From Octopus bimaculoides (Eukaryota), in the NCBI RefSeq assembly GCF_001194135.2, contig NC_068990.1:10491716-10555715 (forward strand): a DNA stretch of 64,000 bases, in the 5' to 3' direction. The notes beneath the pieces are model-generated. The model was not told the DNA's origin and did no database searches. It saw only the letters and a program-made list of their open reading frames with translations. Shown one piece after another: positions 1 to 13,399 of this stretch. Positions within the stretch are counted from its first letter, which is position 1. Each line of letters opens with the position of its first letter. A program made the position numbers and the translations under genes.

Positions 1-43
<43 letters not shown>

Positions 44-80
44 ATATATATATATGTATATGTATGTGTGTGTGTGTGTC
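1..80. repeat. (TA)n/(TG)n microsatellite
   Basis: Direct dinucleotide runs at the window start. Confidence 0.95.
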
Positions 81-614
81 TTTGTGTGTCTATATGGGTG
101 GGTATAGTTAATATATTAAGAATATAGATAGGTGTATTAGAATGTCACGATGTGTATGAGGTATAGCTTTTTGTTTGGGGATTTTTTCGGTAAAGACCGG
201 TTGTTTCGCTGAAGGCGGCTTTGTTTTGTTTACATTCGAAGAGTACATAGGTAAAGATGAGTTTGTTTGATTTTTTCAGTTTATTTATTTAATATTTAAT
301 GTATAATATATAAATTTATATATATGAGAGTATGTGTAGGTATAGTTAGAATATAGATAAGTGTAGTATGGAATTACAGTATGTGTGAGTTAGAATTTTA
401 TTGTAGGTCTTTTTTTTCACTGAAGACGGGTTTCTGTTCTTATTTACAATTTACGATAATGTAAATGTAATACGGATATTGAGATGTAATATAGCGTGTG
501 AGTACTGAGGTATATATTTTTTGCTGAATTGATATAAGATTAAATTTTATTTTCATTGTGTATATTGGTATGTGCTAGAGTTTTTTAGAGTGAATTTTAT
601 TTAAGAACATTATC

Positions 615-615
<1 letters not shown>

Positions 616-694
<79 letters not shown>
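616..694. repeat. (TTA)n microsatellite
   Basis: Near-perfect TTA run. Confidence 0.95.
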
Positions 695-822
695 CATTTA
701 AGTGTGTTTTTGTTTTACTGTAGTTTGAACGTTATAATTAAGAAATTCTTTTAAAAAATTGTATGGCAGGATTTCTTTCTTTCTTTCTTTCTTTCTTTCT
801 TACATTCTTTATTTATTTATTT

Positions 823-1403
823 NNNNNNNNNNNNNNNNNNNNNNNNNNNNNNNNNNNNNNNNNNNNNNNNNNNNNNNNNNNNNNNNNNNNNNNNNNNNNN
901 NNNNNNNNNNNNNNNNNNNNNNNNNNNNNNNNNNNNNNNNNNNNNNNNNNNNNNNNNNNNNNNNNNNNNNNNNNNNNNNNNNNNNNNNNNNNNNNNNNNN
1001 NNNNNNNNNNNNNNNNNNNNNNNNNNNNNNNNNNNNNNNNNNNNNNNNNNNNNNNNNNNNNNNNNNNNNNNNNNNNNNNNNNNNNNNNNNNNNNNNNNNN
1101 NNNNNNNNNNNNNNNNNNNNNNNNNNNNNNNNNNNNNNNNNNNNNNNNNNNNNNNNNNNNNNNNNNNNNNNNNNNNNNNNNNNNNNNNNNNNNNNNNNNN
1201 NNNNNNNNNNNNNNNNNNNNNNNNNNNNNNNNNNNNNNNNNNNNNNNNNNNNNNNNNNNNNNNNNNNNNNNNNNNNNNNNNNNNNNNNNNNNNNNNNNNN
1301 NNNNNNNNNNNNNNNNNNNNNNNNNNNNNNNNNNNNNNNNNNNNNNNNNNNNNNNNNNNNNNNNNNNNNNNNNNNNNNNNNNNNNNNNNNNNNNNNNNNN
1401 NNN
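823..1403. other. Assembly gap (one of ten: 823-1403, 10945-10979, 17129-17631, 29731-29850, 35748-36536, 38466-38723, 40879-41093, 43832-43989, 58205-58214, 62058-62281)
   Basis: N runs, mostly flanked on one or both sides by (TA)n or other simple repeats. Confidence 0.99.
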
Positions 1404-1460
<57 letters not shown>

Positions 1461-1559
1461 GTGTGTGTGTGTGTGTATGTATATTTAAAAAATTCTGCAA
1501 TAGCTCATGGAGCTATATGTCTTTGATGTATAGTGTATAATAATACATAACTTTCATAT

Positions 1560-3290
1560 AATCGATATTCAGAAAACTCGCCCGCGTTGGAGAGGTGATA
1601 GGGCTCATACTTCACATTTGGAAGTATGACCTGTTTCCTGTGCAAGGAGGAGGGTAACGTTCCCTCCCTAATGTTTGCAAATTTCGTTGTTGATGGTATA
1701 ATATGTGTATAATTTTATATCTTTATATTTTCATATGTGCATGCGTGTGTATATATATGTATACATCTGTAACTATAGGTATGTAATAGTATTTTCACAC
1801 GCGATAATTACAGAATTCATTAATGAGTTGTTAAAACTTATTCTTTTGCTATAATGTATAACGTCCTGAAATATATAAATGGATTTTAATGCCAAACAAT
1901 GCAGATTATAAAGAAGTGATTATACATTTCGATACTCAGTACTATTATTTAGTATTTCAGTATCTCATGCTTACCTTTGAATATGCCGATTTTACCTGGT
2001 GGTTCTATAATATCTTGGTGTTTAGTAAATGACTATAGGAAACCACTCTACATAAAGACTTTTTTAGAATTGCAACTTGTTGGTGATTTTGCTTCTTGAT
2101 TCTCTATATCTACTGCGTATCTTGTGGATCTCTTTTCCACATGTGGTCGTCTTAGCTCTGTTGTGCTTGTAGGATTTATAATATTCAAATAATTCCCTAC
2201 ATGCTGCGTTTATATAATAATTATTTGCGAATGTTTCGTGCATAGTGATTTTTATTTCAAAATGAAGCAGTTTTAAGGAATTGGTGTTACTGAAATGCTC
2301 CACTTCAAATTTTATATCCTCATGGATTTTGTTGAACATATTGTTATATTCTGAACGTATTCGCGAGATCATGATATCACCACGCATCTAGCTAATTATG
2401 AAGATGTCCTCCACACATGTAGCGAAAACGTCAAGGACAAGACAGTGTTGAATGCTCTGCATTCCAACTAGTCTCTCAATGTAGCGGCTCATAGACCTGT
2501 CGAGGTTTTCCTCATCAGCAGTTCTTTCTAAACGGACCGCTCGAATTGCAATAAAATATTTTCCATTATACTTCTTAAATGTTCGTGAATACCTGGAGCT
2601 GCGAGCACAAAGCAGCTATATGTAAGAGAGGCGGGAGTGTGTTCCATTAGTAAGTAGATAGATGGAGTCACCGGGACGGAGCTGCATAAGGAAACAACTT
2701 CTCAGCTAAAAATATGGATCGAAATCTTTCTGCTTGTTGCGGATTTCGGTGCAGGTTTCAACACGTCTGGCAAGGTTTGAAGTAGCGGCTAAAGAGTATT
2801 AGATGAATTGTAAGGGATTCAGTTGACGTTCCCTTTAATAATAGAGATAGGTCTAAATTTTAAATTTAATACTGATTTATTTGATGATGGTCGTATCTTT
2901 AAACTGTACATTATTTATATATGATGCCAAATGGGACAGATAATTGATAGAGTAGCCTTCCCGAATTATGTTCTCATTTCAAGTAGTATTGGCAAATATA
3001 GAGGGGGGAAATGGTCAGGAAGCAGAATAATGTTAATTATGATATGTTGAAATTGTTCTTAATTAGAACACGGTGAAGGAGGTATTAGAACCACATGTGA
3101 ATTTGTATTTCCTCTGAAATTCTGAAGATGAACCCAACAATCCGAAACGGAGGCTCTCCTGGTGGTAAATTTCTCAAATGTGCAAGATGGAACTTTAAAC
3201 AGTAGGCAAAAACATTAATTTGCCTGCTGAAATGTTAGAGTCGACGGGTGAATGTAGCCAGCATTTGTGAGGAATATGATAGGCAAGCGG
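1560..3290 (-). mobile_element. Degenerate Penelope-like retroelement, RT region
   Basis: Minus-strand translation with stops and frameshifts gives PLE RT motifs in order: KFRPISIIKG; FS*EVVSLCSSVPV (DVVSLYTSIP-like); CVEDIFII (YVDDIF-like); FNKIHEDIKFEVEH..NSLKLLHFEI (H.IKFT.E..L.FLD-like). Confidence 0.75.
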
Positions 3291-3932
3291 GCTCAAACCC
3301 CACAAAGTGAATACCACATAGCGTATGCAGAGATAAAATTATTCAATAGATAGATTGGTAGACACACACAGAGAAAGACAGATACACAGATACGCAGGCA
3401 CATAGACGAATGGACAGACATCAAGACAGGTAAACAGATAGACAGATCGTCAGAGAGAGAGAGAGATAGAGAGGGGGAGTGGGAGAGATCTTTCGATGTA
3501 CACGTGCAAGTATATTTCAATATATACGTTTGTATATGGTCATATATATGACTAGAAACAATGATATACAAACACCAAGACAGTTTGGAATTTGAAATCC
3601 GTGTAGCTTTTAGAAAATGAAAACAGATTAGACATAACAGCATATATCGGATAGAAAAAAATCAACAACAAAAGTAACTAAAACCGTTATTAACAAAATC
3701 ACTAACAGCAGTTATGCAAGAAATATTGATTGTATTCCCAGCAAAATGTTTGTGACAATCATCAGTGACAACAATTTCAATTAATGCCCTATATATGAAA
3801 AGAAATTGGGTAAACAGAGCATGAATTGTTAATCCACAGGTATATAAATGACGTCTATAAAACTAACCAATGTGAAAATATATTACTACAAAAAGTGAAC
3901 TGCATCCAGTATATATGAAATTAGTCTGAAAA

Positions 3933-3980
<48 letters not shown>

Positions 3981-4942
3981 ATTCACATGTATATATATAT
4001 ACATATATATATATAGTACAATTTATAATATAATATGCATATAACACACACACACGCATATATATATATATAAATATATGTAGTTATATAAGAATATATA
4101 CATACGTAGTAAATATTTGCATCCCCATATATATATATATATATACACATAGATATGTGTGTGTATGTGCATGTAGAGGTTTATGTACTTGCGTATTTAT
4201 ACGTGTGAGTTGCGTGTGCATTTAAGTATGTATATCACCCTGTATGGAGTTAATGACACAAAAACAATATATGCTATTCAATTAGACACAGAAAGTCGAA
4301 CATTACGAGACAACACACTAGCAGAAATTTCCAGAGGAAAAAAAAAGTAGTACCAGACAAAATGAATATTGTCATTTGCTCGGTGACAGTCATAAATAAT
4401 TAACGTTGATTACTTTTGACCATATATACTCTAATATACGCTAATATAAATGTATTATCTACTGCTAAGGTAAGTAAGATATATTGATCGTGCTGCCTTT
4501 TGATCTGCTTTGAACTATTTCCTTGCTTCAGTGTCCATTATTAACTATTAGTTTATATCCTTAAATTTAGTGCCGTTGGTTATTATAGAGACTAGACAAT
4601 GAATTAACTACCGCATTATATTTCAGTTAGTACGTCTGGAAGTAAGTCATAATATATATATTTTTGATATACATTAATCATGAGTGGACGCTAACCTGTT
4701 CTGAGTGTCGATAACCTGTTGATTGAAATATTCCTTTGGTTATTAAATTATATCTACAAACGTTATTATGTTTATTTTTTACCCTGCTTCCCAGACATTG
4801 ACCACCAATTCTTGTCACCTGTATTAAAATCCGCACGTCGAATTTCTAAACCTTCTATGGTATCATTCAAATACGGTAGTAGATTAATAATATTCTTAAG
4901 GACGCAATTTACTCACATGCAGCATTTTTCACGGCTTTGTCT

Positions 4943-6080
4943 CTAATTCAGTTCTTAATCAAATTGAAAACTGTTAACAGTTTTGAAAAGGACTGGTCCG
5001 TAGTTACATTTTGGAATAAAAAAATTGAGGTTTGTTCCAGGGAAAAAACCGTTTACATCAAAATATATAGCAACGTTATAGGAGAGGAACACCGTCAATC
5101 AAGTTTAGATCTGAATAACTTTTTTATTTTAAATGCAAATATATATTTATGCTAGCTTCGGTAATAAACGAAAGCATGAAGAATTTTATAGCTTTCATCC
5201 CATGCAACAAAAATTTGTATTCAAAAAGTAGCGAGGTAAAATATCATTAAAAAAATATAAAGGGCAAAAAATTGGATCTAAGTATAATTAACTCTTAAAA
5301 AAATATATATTTTTTTTAATTCAGCTTAAACGATTGAGCTGAATCACAGCAATTTCATGGTATCAATCTCATGCAAGGAAGTTTTAAAGGAAAACGTTAT
5401 GAGTGTTTGTGTCTCAAATTTCAGGGTAATAATATAATTCTATCCATTTTTATGAATATAGGTCTACAAGGGGACTTTTAATATATGTCACCGGCTTCAT
5501 TGAAGTAGGGAAAACATTGTCAATGACACTGCTAATTTGTAATTAGTTTAATTACGTCATCTGTATTAATTAATGCAATTATATCATGCAAATACAGTCC
5601 CGTAGTATGTGAGACGAGAAACAGAATCGTAATAGTTCACATTGACAGGAATATCTGGTTTTAAGACTTCTCAAAGAATCATTCGACTACAGAAGTAGTT
5701 TAATAATATTATTAAGGCTGCTATTAACTCCAACGTAACATCATTCAGGGATTTCTCACTAATTCAGTTCTTAAACAAATTGAAAACTCTTAACATTTTG
5801 AAGTGGAGTGGTCCCTGTAAATAACGCTTCCAATCAAGTTTAAATGAAAATCACATTTTTATTTCAAAAGCAAAATATATTTATCTTAGCATAGATGATA
5901 GAAGAACGCATGACGAATTTCATAGCTCTGGTTCCATGCAACAAAAATGCTATCAAATAGGGTGTGAGGAAAAATATGAAAAAAAAAAAACATAAGGGAA
6001 AAAATGGATTTAAGTATAATTAACGTTTTCGTTTTAAATACAAACTATATATTAATTAAGCTTAAATGATAGAGCTAAAT
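4943..6080 (+). repeat. Diverged local direct duplication (4943-5345 vs 5759-6080)
   Basis: Both copies start ctaattcagttcttaa.caaattgaaaact.ttaaca and share caatcaagttta, ccatgcaacaaaaat, aagtataattaac and gcttaaa.gat.gagct.aat in the same order. Confidence 0.8.
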
Positions 6081-6261
6081 TCGAGGAATTTGATTAGTAA
6101 AGCATTCAATAATAATCGTTGAATCACAAAATATAAAAATTAAAATATTTAAAAATTTATTAAATTTGTTATTCAGTTTTCAATAAGGTATAATCTTAAA
6201 TTATTAATTGACACATTATTCATTAGCACAACAGCGTAGCCTGGAAACAAAACATGGATAA

Positions 6262-7143
6262 CATGAAAAATGCGAGCAAGATAAATAATATTCTTAAAAT
6301 TAGAAACCTGGAAAAGTACCAGACAAGTTATTACACTTCGAAAAGTTCAAAATTTCAGGACAAGTTATTACATTTGGTAAAGTATAGAACAAGAAATTTT
6401 TACTCAAAACTTAGCAGGCAAGGATAAAATTTGAATATTAAACATTATTTGATTTTAATTAACAAAGTAATACTATACTTAATAATGTTACAATTATTTT
6501 GTTAAAATATTGACACAGAAGTAAACTTCAAAAATGAGAAACAGAAGTACCAATACAGCTAAAGTTTTATGCAGAGGTTAGAGTATATATGGTAGGCGAA
6601 TTCATTATGTAACAAATATGCTGTCAAGACTAACAATGTGAAGACTTGACAATAGCTTAGGCAACAAGTCAAGGAAATTTTACTGTGAATGTGTTGTTAT
6701 AGGTAGATCTTATTGTAATATATAACTATTTTTTGTATTATTCCAAATCTTGTTCTAATTATGTACTACTATTATCTTTATATCGTATTTTCAAATTTCT
6801 AATTATTGATTAATAATTTTAAAAAATGATTTTTTTAAAGTGCAAAATATATTTTAATTGAGTTTTTATTTTATTTTTAATACAATTAACAAGTAAAAAC
6901 AAACAGAAGTAATAACTTGTAATATTTTTTTTAGTTTTGATAAAATCTAATGTTCTCTTAATCTAAATAATTTATAAGAAATGTTATCGTGATCTGCAAT
7001 ATTTTAAGTAGAGATGTTCTTGTTCTGTACTTCACCAGATGTAATAACATATGTAATAACATATGTAATAACATAACTTGTCCAGAACTTTTCCAGGTTT
7101 ATAATCTTAAGAATATTATTTCTCTTGCTCGCATTTTTCCATG
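6262..7143. mobile_element. Fold-back/MITE-like element with ~170 bp imperfect inverted arms (6262-6432, 6979-7143)
   Basis: catgaaaaatgcgagcaag...cctggaaaagtaccagacaagtt matches the reverse complement of aacttgtccagaacttttccagg...cttgctcgcatttttccatg. Confidence 0.7.
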
Positions 7144-10069
7144 TGGAAAATACACAACGTTTACTGTATAACATGTCCCTCTTTAAAAACAAAATATTTA
7201 TAGATTGCAAAGTTGGGCAGCCACCACCAAACCAATTTGGTTAATGTACTGCATTTCCATTATCAAGGACTTTAATAACAAGTTTACTTAATAATACATA
7301 CGAGTGCTATTACTCAGTCTTTACCTTTTCTTGCAGCAGCATACATAAAGGTTTATTTTTGAAAACTAAAGTAAACTTAATAAAGTCCATTAACGACTGA
7401 TGAAGCATGGATTGTCAGCAAACTAGTGACGTTATTCGGACGAACAATCAGGTTAACTCTCAACAAAATATTATTGTCTATACGTGATTCACAAGATATC
7501 GGGACCGTGCATTTCGATCCAATACTTTGTCAATTACTGCAAAGGAGAACATGTTCAAATATATAGGGATATTTCACGTTACCAATGAACACATTCCCGT
7601 CATTCTCGTTTATGGTTAAGAAGAACAGCCTGTATCTTTCCGACAAATACCTAGCGCAGTATATAATGCGTATTTTATTGACATGTATAATGACATCTAC
7701 GTAGTTGTTTAACCTGCTAGAAAGAGTAACCATAATTTTCGAAAGGTAGAAAAACACTACTAGAGATATTGAAGATATTATTAGATAAATAGTACAAGAT
7801 ATCCCACCTTCTAACATACGTCAGAATCTTCATAATTGATATGTGTTACACACTAGATAAATAAGACGAGATGTCCAACCTTCTAACATACGTCAGAATC
7901 CTCATAATTGATATGGTGTTAAATACTGACGCAGCTATTAGCTGCTGTTCAATATAGTTGCTGGTTAGAGTGGTGCTTGTATCATTTCTTTTCTCTGCCG
8001 TAAGCATTATGAAATTGAATTTACGTGCTTTGTCATACGCAATGCATCACTAATCGACAGATCCAGCTGCGAGTATTTAACTAAATTGATAACGGGAAAA
8101 TGAAAATGACTCTTGTGTATATTTAATTATTCTCAACTTGTCAAGATTATGTTTTGTCAGTTTGTCTCCGTTGGTACAGCTTATTCTGTGAAACATCAAT
8201 TCAATAATGCTCTCTACAGAACAGTAATAACGGTTGAATATATTATTACCATCGTTGTTTGCAGAAGATTTAAAGCCAAGATGCCAGATATTCAACATGA
8301 AAAGATAGAACAAATATCGAAATCATATCTCAGTAACCGTGATACTGTATTCAATTGTCAAGAGAAAAAGAAAGGGAAAATTAACATGGAAGTGTACACG
8401 ACGTATATCTGAAGACGCAAAATTTTTGAATAGTATACAGGGATATATTTTGTCTACTCAAACATGAGATGGCTATTGTCCACAAATGTTGGTTTTGAAC
8501 TTGACAGGAGGCTCATTTACACACAGAAGAGCCGCATTGATTTCAACGCACTCAATGCACTATTCGTTCTTGCTATATCGACGACTGAAGCATCGCACAT
8601 CACAGCCGGTATTGAAATTTAAAGGAAAATCGAAAATATCTTAAAGCAGTAACGTTTCGCCGTTTTATCTTGATCATAAGCATTACACTAAACACGCTTA
8701 TAAGTATTCAGCGCTTACATAATGTATACATACGTATACACGCGAATATTTAAACACACACACACATTAATATATATGTATATATATTTACACACACACG
8801 CATATATATATTTATATATGTATATGCATATTTAACTGTGTGTATGTATATCTACATACATACATACATGCAAGCAGATATACATACCCATCTATATGTA
8901 TGATGGGAGCCTGTGTGTATGTTTACGCGTATGCTCATGTTTGTGTCCGTGTGTAAGTGAAGATGTGTATATATTATGAAAGTTTTCGAGTTTCTGATAC
9001 CTATTGAGGTAGAAACATGATTTTGCTACTATCTTATCTGAACAGAAGATAAGATATTTTCCTGCTATTTTCGTAAAAGTATTTTAAGTTTTGATGATTT
9101 TTTTAAATTCTTTATTTTGAGATTATATTCCCATCCAATGTGGAGATGTTCTCAATTGCAATTTGGTAATTGGAATTCGTATTCTATCGGCGGAAAAAAA
9201 ACAACTTTTAATTAATCAAAAAATGAGGTTGTAGGCAAATGATATAGTTGTAATTATGATTTTTCACATACCTGCTACTGGACATTCTGAAACATTTCTC
9301 TCAGCTCATTTTTATTTTTCGTTTTATGCATATTGATTAGGATGTAACTATGTTCCACTCGTTCTGTATATATTAATGTATATATTTATCTTCATTGAAT
9401 GCAGGAAATAAATTAGGGAAAGTTTTGTACTAAACACCAAGACTGAGGTAAAGACATATGTGCTCCAATCTCCATTTTTAAAACGATTCTGTACAAATTC
9501 AACATAAGCAGTAAATGTTACTGCTCTATGCACTATATACGTACTTTCAGTATTGCATTTGGGCTTATGAAGAGTGTGGTAAGATAACGGAGAAAACTGG
9601 CCTCAAAAAGAAGGAGTACGGTGAAACATTTATTTTGAATCCCTACAATTGTTTCAACGCAGTGTAGTTCTCCAGGCAATCTGTTATTTGAATATGCAAC
9701 CGTTTTCCTGCAGTATAAGATCTGGTATTTGTTCCCTCTGGTGATTTGTAAATATTGTCTCTATAAGTTCGAAATCCTTAGCTTCAAGAACATCCACTGT
9801 CTTTCGTGGCCTGGATTTAGTAGTAGTCGCTGAGTTTATCGGACTGTGTTGTAGCAGAAAGACCGTTCGCAAACTGCTTTAAATGTATAGATTCTAGCGG
9901 GATAGTGATTCTGATACTGTTAATATGGTTGCAGTTTTAAAGTCATCGGCATTTGATTTCTTCGTACTGTTGATTTGTTCTTCATGGTTGGTTGCACATG
10001 CGATTGTTCTAATCTGACCAGTAAAGATAAGCCCATACACACACACACGCACACACACACACACCCATA

Positions 10070-10134
<65 letters not shown>

Positions 10135-10459
10135 GTACATATATACATATATACATGCGTGTGTGTGTATGTATATACATGTGTGTATATATGCGTGTAT
10201 GTGTGTGTGAAAACATGTCCCAATGTCAGTCTCTATACGGATATATGAACGGCCATGTATGTTTAGAGCTGATACTTAAAGATCAGCTGAAGACGATGGC
10301 ATGTTTAACTAAGCATGAAGAAGAAATCAACAGTACAAAAAAACAACGAAACTAACCAGTCTTAGTTAATCATAGACGCGTTTCTGGATCAGAATGGTAA
10401 AAACCTTCATTTCCGTCACCAGTATGATATTCTAGTTTGCAAATTTGAAGATGCAGGCA

Positions 10460-10937
10460 ATTATGCATGCTCGACCAAGCGACATCGTGCATCGACATAA
10501 TATACGTAGCACCTTCGAACTTACATAGGCCAGTCAGTCCTTATCCCTCCTCAAGAATTATCATGTGCGTCACAAGATTTACCGCATACAATCTGCGGTT
10601 TACTATGAGGGAGTGAATGATTATTACAAATAAAAGGGTAAAGGATTATTAATTTATTAATAAATTAATGATTAATAATTTTTACCAACCACTTCGGTAT
10701 GTAAACACCATTATCGGTAAAGAACTTATTTAAAAGTTCTTATAAATTTATAAACATAATTATCGGATCAGCAACAGTTGCTTCATCACATACAGAAGTT
10801 CAGAAATAGCAGCTAAAGCGCTTGTGACACACATGGTAATTCTTGAGGAGGGATAAGGACTGACTGGCCCATGTAAGTTCGGAGGTGTTGCTTATATTAT
10901 GTTGATGCACGATGTCGCTTCGTCGAGCATGCATAAT
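10460..10937. mobile_element. MITE with ~117 bp terminal inverted repeats
   Basis: 10460-10576 (attatgcatgctcgaccaagcgacatcgtgcatc...cacaag) is the reverse complement of 10821-10937, with few mismatches. AT-rich non-coding interior; TA at both termini. Confidence 0.8.
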
Positions 10938-10979
10938 ATATATANNNNNNNNNNNNNNNNNNNNNNNNNNNNNNNNNNN

Positions 10980-11021
<42 letters not shown>

Positions 11022-12222
11022 GTATGTATACACACGTGCACATATTCGTACATGTGTTTGAGTGCTTGTGCGTGTGTGTATATGTGCATGCATATATATA
11101 AATATATTTATATATACATGTATATACACTATCGAATGATCGTTGATGCTTGCAATCAGCCACCTGCTCAATGAATTTGTACTTCATCATGAACGATTGA
11201 CAATAGTCGTTTTTTACCCATGACTAGAAAAGGCTGGGAACATCCCAGCTAAAAGTGAAACACAAATCAGTATATGAAGTTTAATATGTGTGTGTTAGCG
11301 TATGTATGTATGTATGTATGTATGTATGTGTGTATGTATGTATGTATGTATGTATGTATGTATGCGTGTATCCTTGTGCATGTATTTATAAAAAAACATA
11401 TTTATCCCACATGCCTTTTGTCATTTACGTTCCGGGTAGTAATGAAATATTTGTTCCAGCGTGTTTCAACGATATCAACCGCAGCTACCTCAAAAATGGG
11501 CCTGAATTTTGTGTCTGTAACAGATACCGTTATTATAAATGATACAAACACCACCTTATGTTTGAAGTAGTTGTAAACAAATGTAATATTGTATTATTTC
11601 ATCTAAGTAGGTGCTGCGTAAATATGCTTTTTAATATCAAGAATTACGACTAATCAGATTTAAAATACATAAAATGCCAAAAGAGTTTTTATTAATATAA
11701 TGATTAGATATGTAGATAAAAAATATATTTTCTATTTACTCACAATTTTTGCATCTACAACATTATAACATACATTAGATTCACTTTCACAAATGAAGTG
11801 TTCTTTTAAAAAACAATAGAGGTGAAAAATCGTTTCTCTTTACACTCATTCCCCTTCCTAGAATAGATAGACACAAGTACAATACAATAAAAAGAAAAAA
11901 GAAACGAACAAATGTTGCACAAAGTTAACTAGAAAAGAACAACTACATATATTTATGCAGAGAATTGATTCTGACAGACGAATGTAACCTTTTCCAGCTG
12001 ATTTCAATCTCTCTACCATTAAATCTTATCAAAAGTCAGTTTAATATGAACAAAAAACTGTACATCTTTAATTTATTATTTATTTTTATCGGAGAGCACT
12101 CCTACATTATAGATACAGCAAAACAAAAGATTGAAATAATGCTTTAGACATCAATAGATTATGATGAGAGATAAATTCTAAGCACGCATACATACACACA
12201 TAAGTGCATAAATACAACCTAC

Positions 12223-12283
<61 letters not shown>

Positions 12284-12661
12284 TTGTAGGTGTGTGTGCG
12301 TGTATATTCAAAGATAGTCAGATGAAGGCCTTTGTATTTTGGCACATTATATTATGCAGACAAACAAACCAAAACGTCCATTTTCTGATTCACGTCCGTG
12401 AAATATATATGCATCGCTGTCTGTGTGTCTGTCTAAAGAAATGATTGTATAATATCTGTAATCAGTCGCACTAAAGTATACTTAAATGTAAAATTCCATA
12501 CTCCATCGCTTTCGACATGCATTGTATCAGTTGTAGTGCAAAAGAGATTGCTGGCTCGGTAACTATGCTGTCACACGTGCATTTCACAGGTATTCGAACT
12601 GAAAACGGGATTGCGAAGCAGAGTCAATAGGAGATAGTGTGAGGATACTATTTCTTTAGAT

Positions 12662-12798
12662 TTAAGGTATAGTTTTTCCGGCTGCATTTCGCATATATCT
12701 TTTTTTCCATCGTTGACCAGAAATGTGAACTGGCACCAGTTTCCATTTAGAGAGATCGATCCGTGCTCCTGACGATTCAAAAGTGGATCTCGGAACTA
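12662..12798 (-). CDS. Candidate terminal coding exon, unknown protein (VPRSTFESSGARIDLSKWKLVPVHISGQRWKKRYMRNAAGKTIP*)
   Basis: GC-richer island, AG acceptor at 12800-12799 (or 12797-12796), open frame to TAA. No homology recognised; other frames and strands are also partly open. Confidence 0.22.
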
Positions 12799-12859
12799 CT
12801 TAGACGTGATTGTAAATTTTACGTACATACTGAATGAGTAATCGAAAAATACCATAGGA

Positions 12860-12955
12860 ATGAGAACCCTGGTTCGAAATTTCCCCTAGACACCTGATAA
12901 AGTTGTGTTAACAGCAGACAAGTTGAGGACAAATATCCATCAAATGTAAATAATT
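12860..12955 (+). mobile_element. Fragment of a PLE-type terminal repeat (same family as 46920-47075), hammerhead core internally deleted
   Basis: aaatttcccctagacacctgat-aaagttgtgttaacagcagacaagttgaggacaaatatcc matches the reverse complement of 46960-47075, lacking the stem-II segment. Confidence 0.6.
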
Positions 12956-13228
12956 TGATAGGCTTTGTTGATTAATTGTAATATTGTTTATAATATTTTT
13001 GCTCTTGGATGGGCAATGTGTACAGGCATTCCATCAGCCCATGTTTTTATGTGCAGTTTTGTGCTACTAAATAAAAATCACAATGCTTTTTTTTTTACCA
13101 TGTAATGTACTATGAATTTCCTTGAACATTTGAGAGGAATTTTATTTAATTATGTAATACGTAATTATAGCCAGAAAGAAAATATATGAACAAATGTTTT
13201 GACAATAAATGAACGCCTGTAAATTCAG

Positions 13229-13327
13229 CTTGTCATCGTCAATCAGTTGCTTCGTAAGAAGGACTGTGGTAACAACGGAATGAGTAACCTGGAACTGAAA
13301 ATAAGGTATCAAAACGCACTCTACTCG
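13229..13327 (+). CDS. Candidate internal exon (LVIVNQLLRKKDCGNNGMSNLELKIRYQNALYS), unknown protein
   Basis: ttcag| acceptor, TCG|gtaagt donor, 99 nt open in one frame only. The minus strand also has a 72-aa ORF here, so strand is uncertain. Confidence 0.2.
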
Positions 13328-13399
13328 GTAAGTGCAAAGGAAACGACGAACCGGACTCATTGATCATAAATGATTTCTATATATACCACCAGAAAAAGC

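Noticed and set aside
759-1526. Long ORFs rich in X (also 16895-17687, 35663-36583, 38358-38808, 40479-41196, 43737-44113)
   Set aside because: They are open only because they run through N gaps and (TA)n flanks.
4627-4641. 15-nt microexon (LVRLE) between tttcag and gtaagt
   Set aside because: The splice signals are good, but such short matches occur by chance and there is no supporting gene context.
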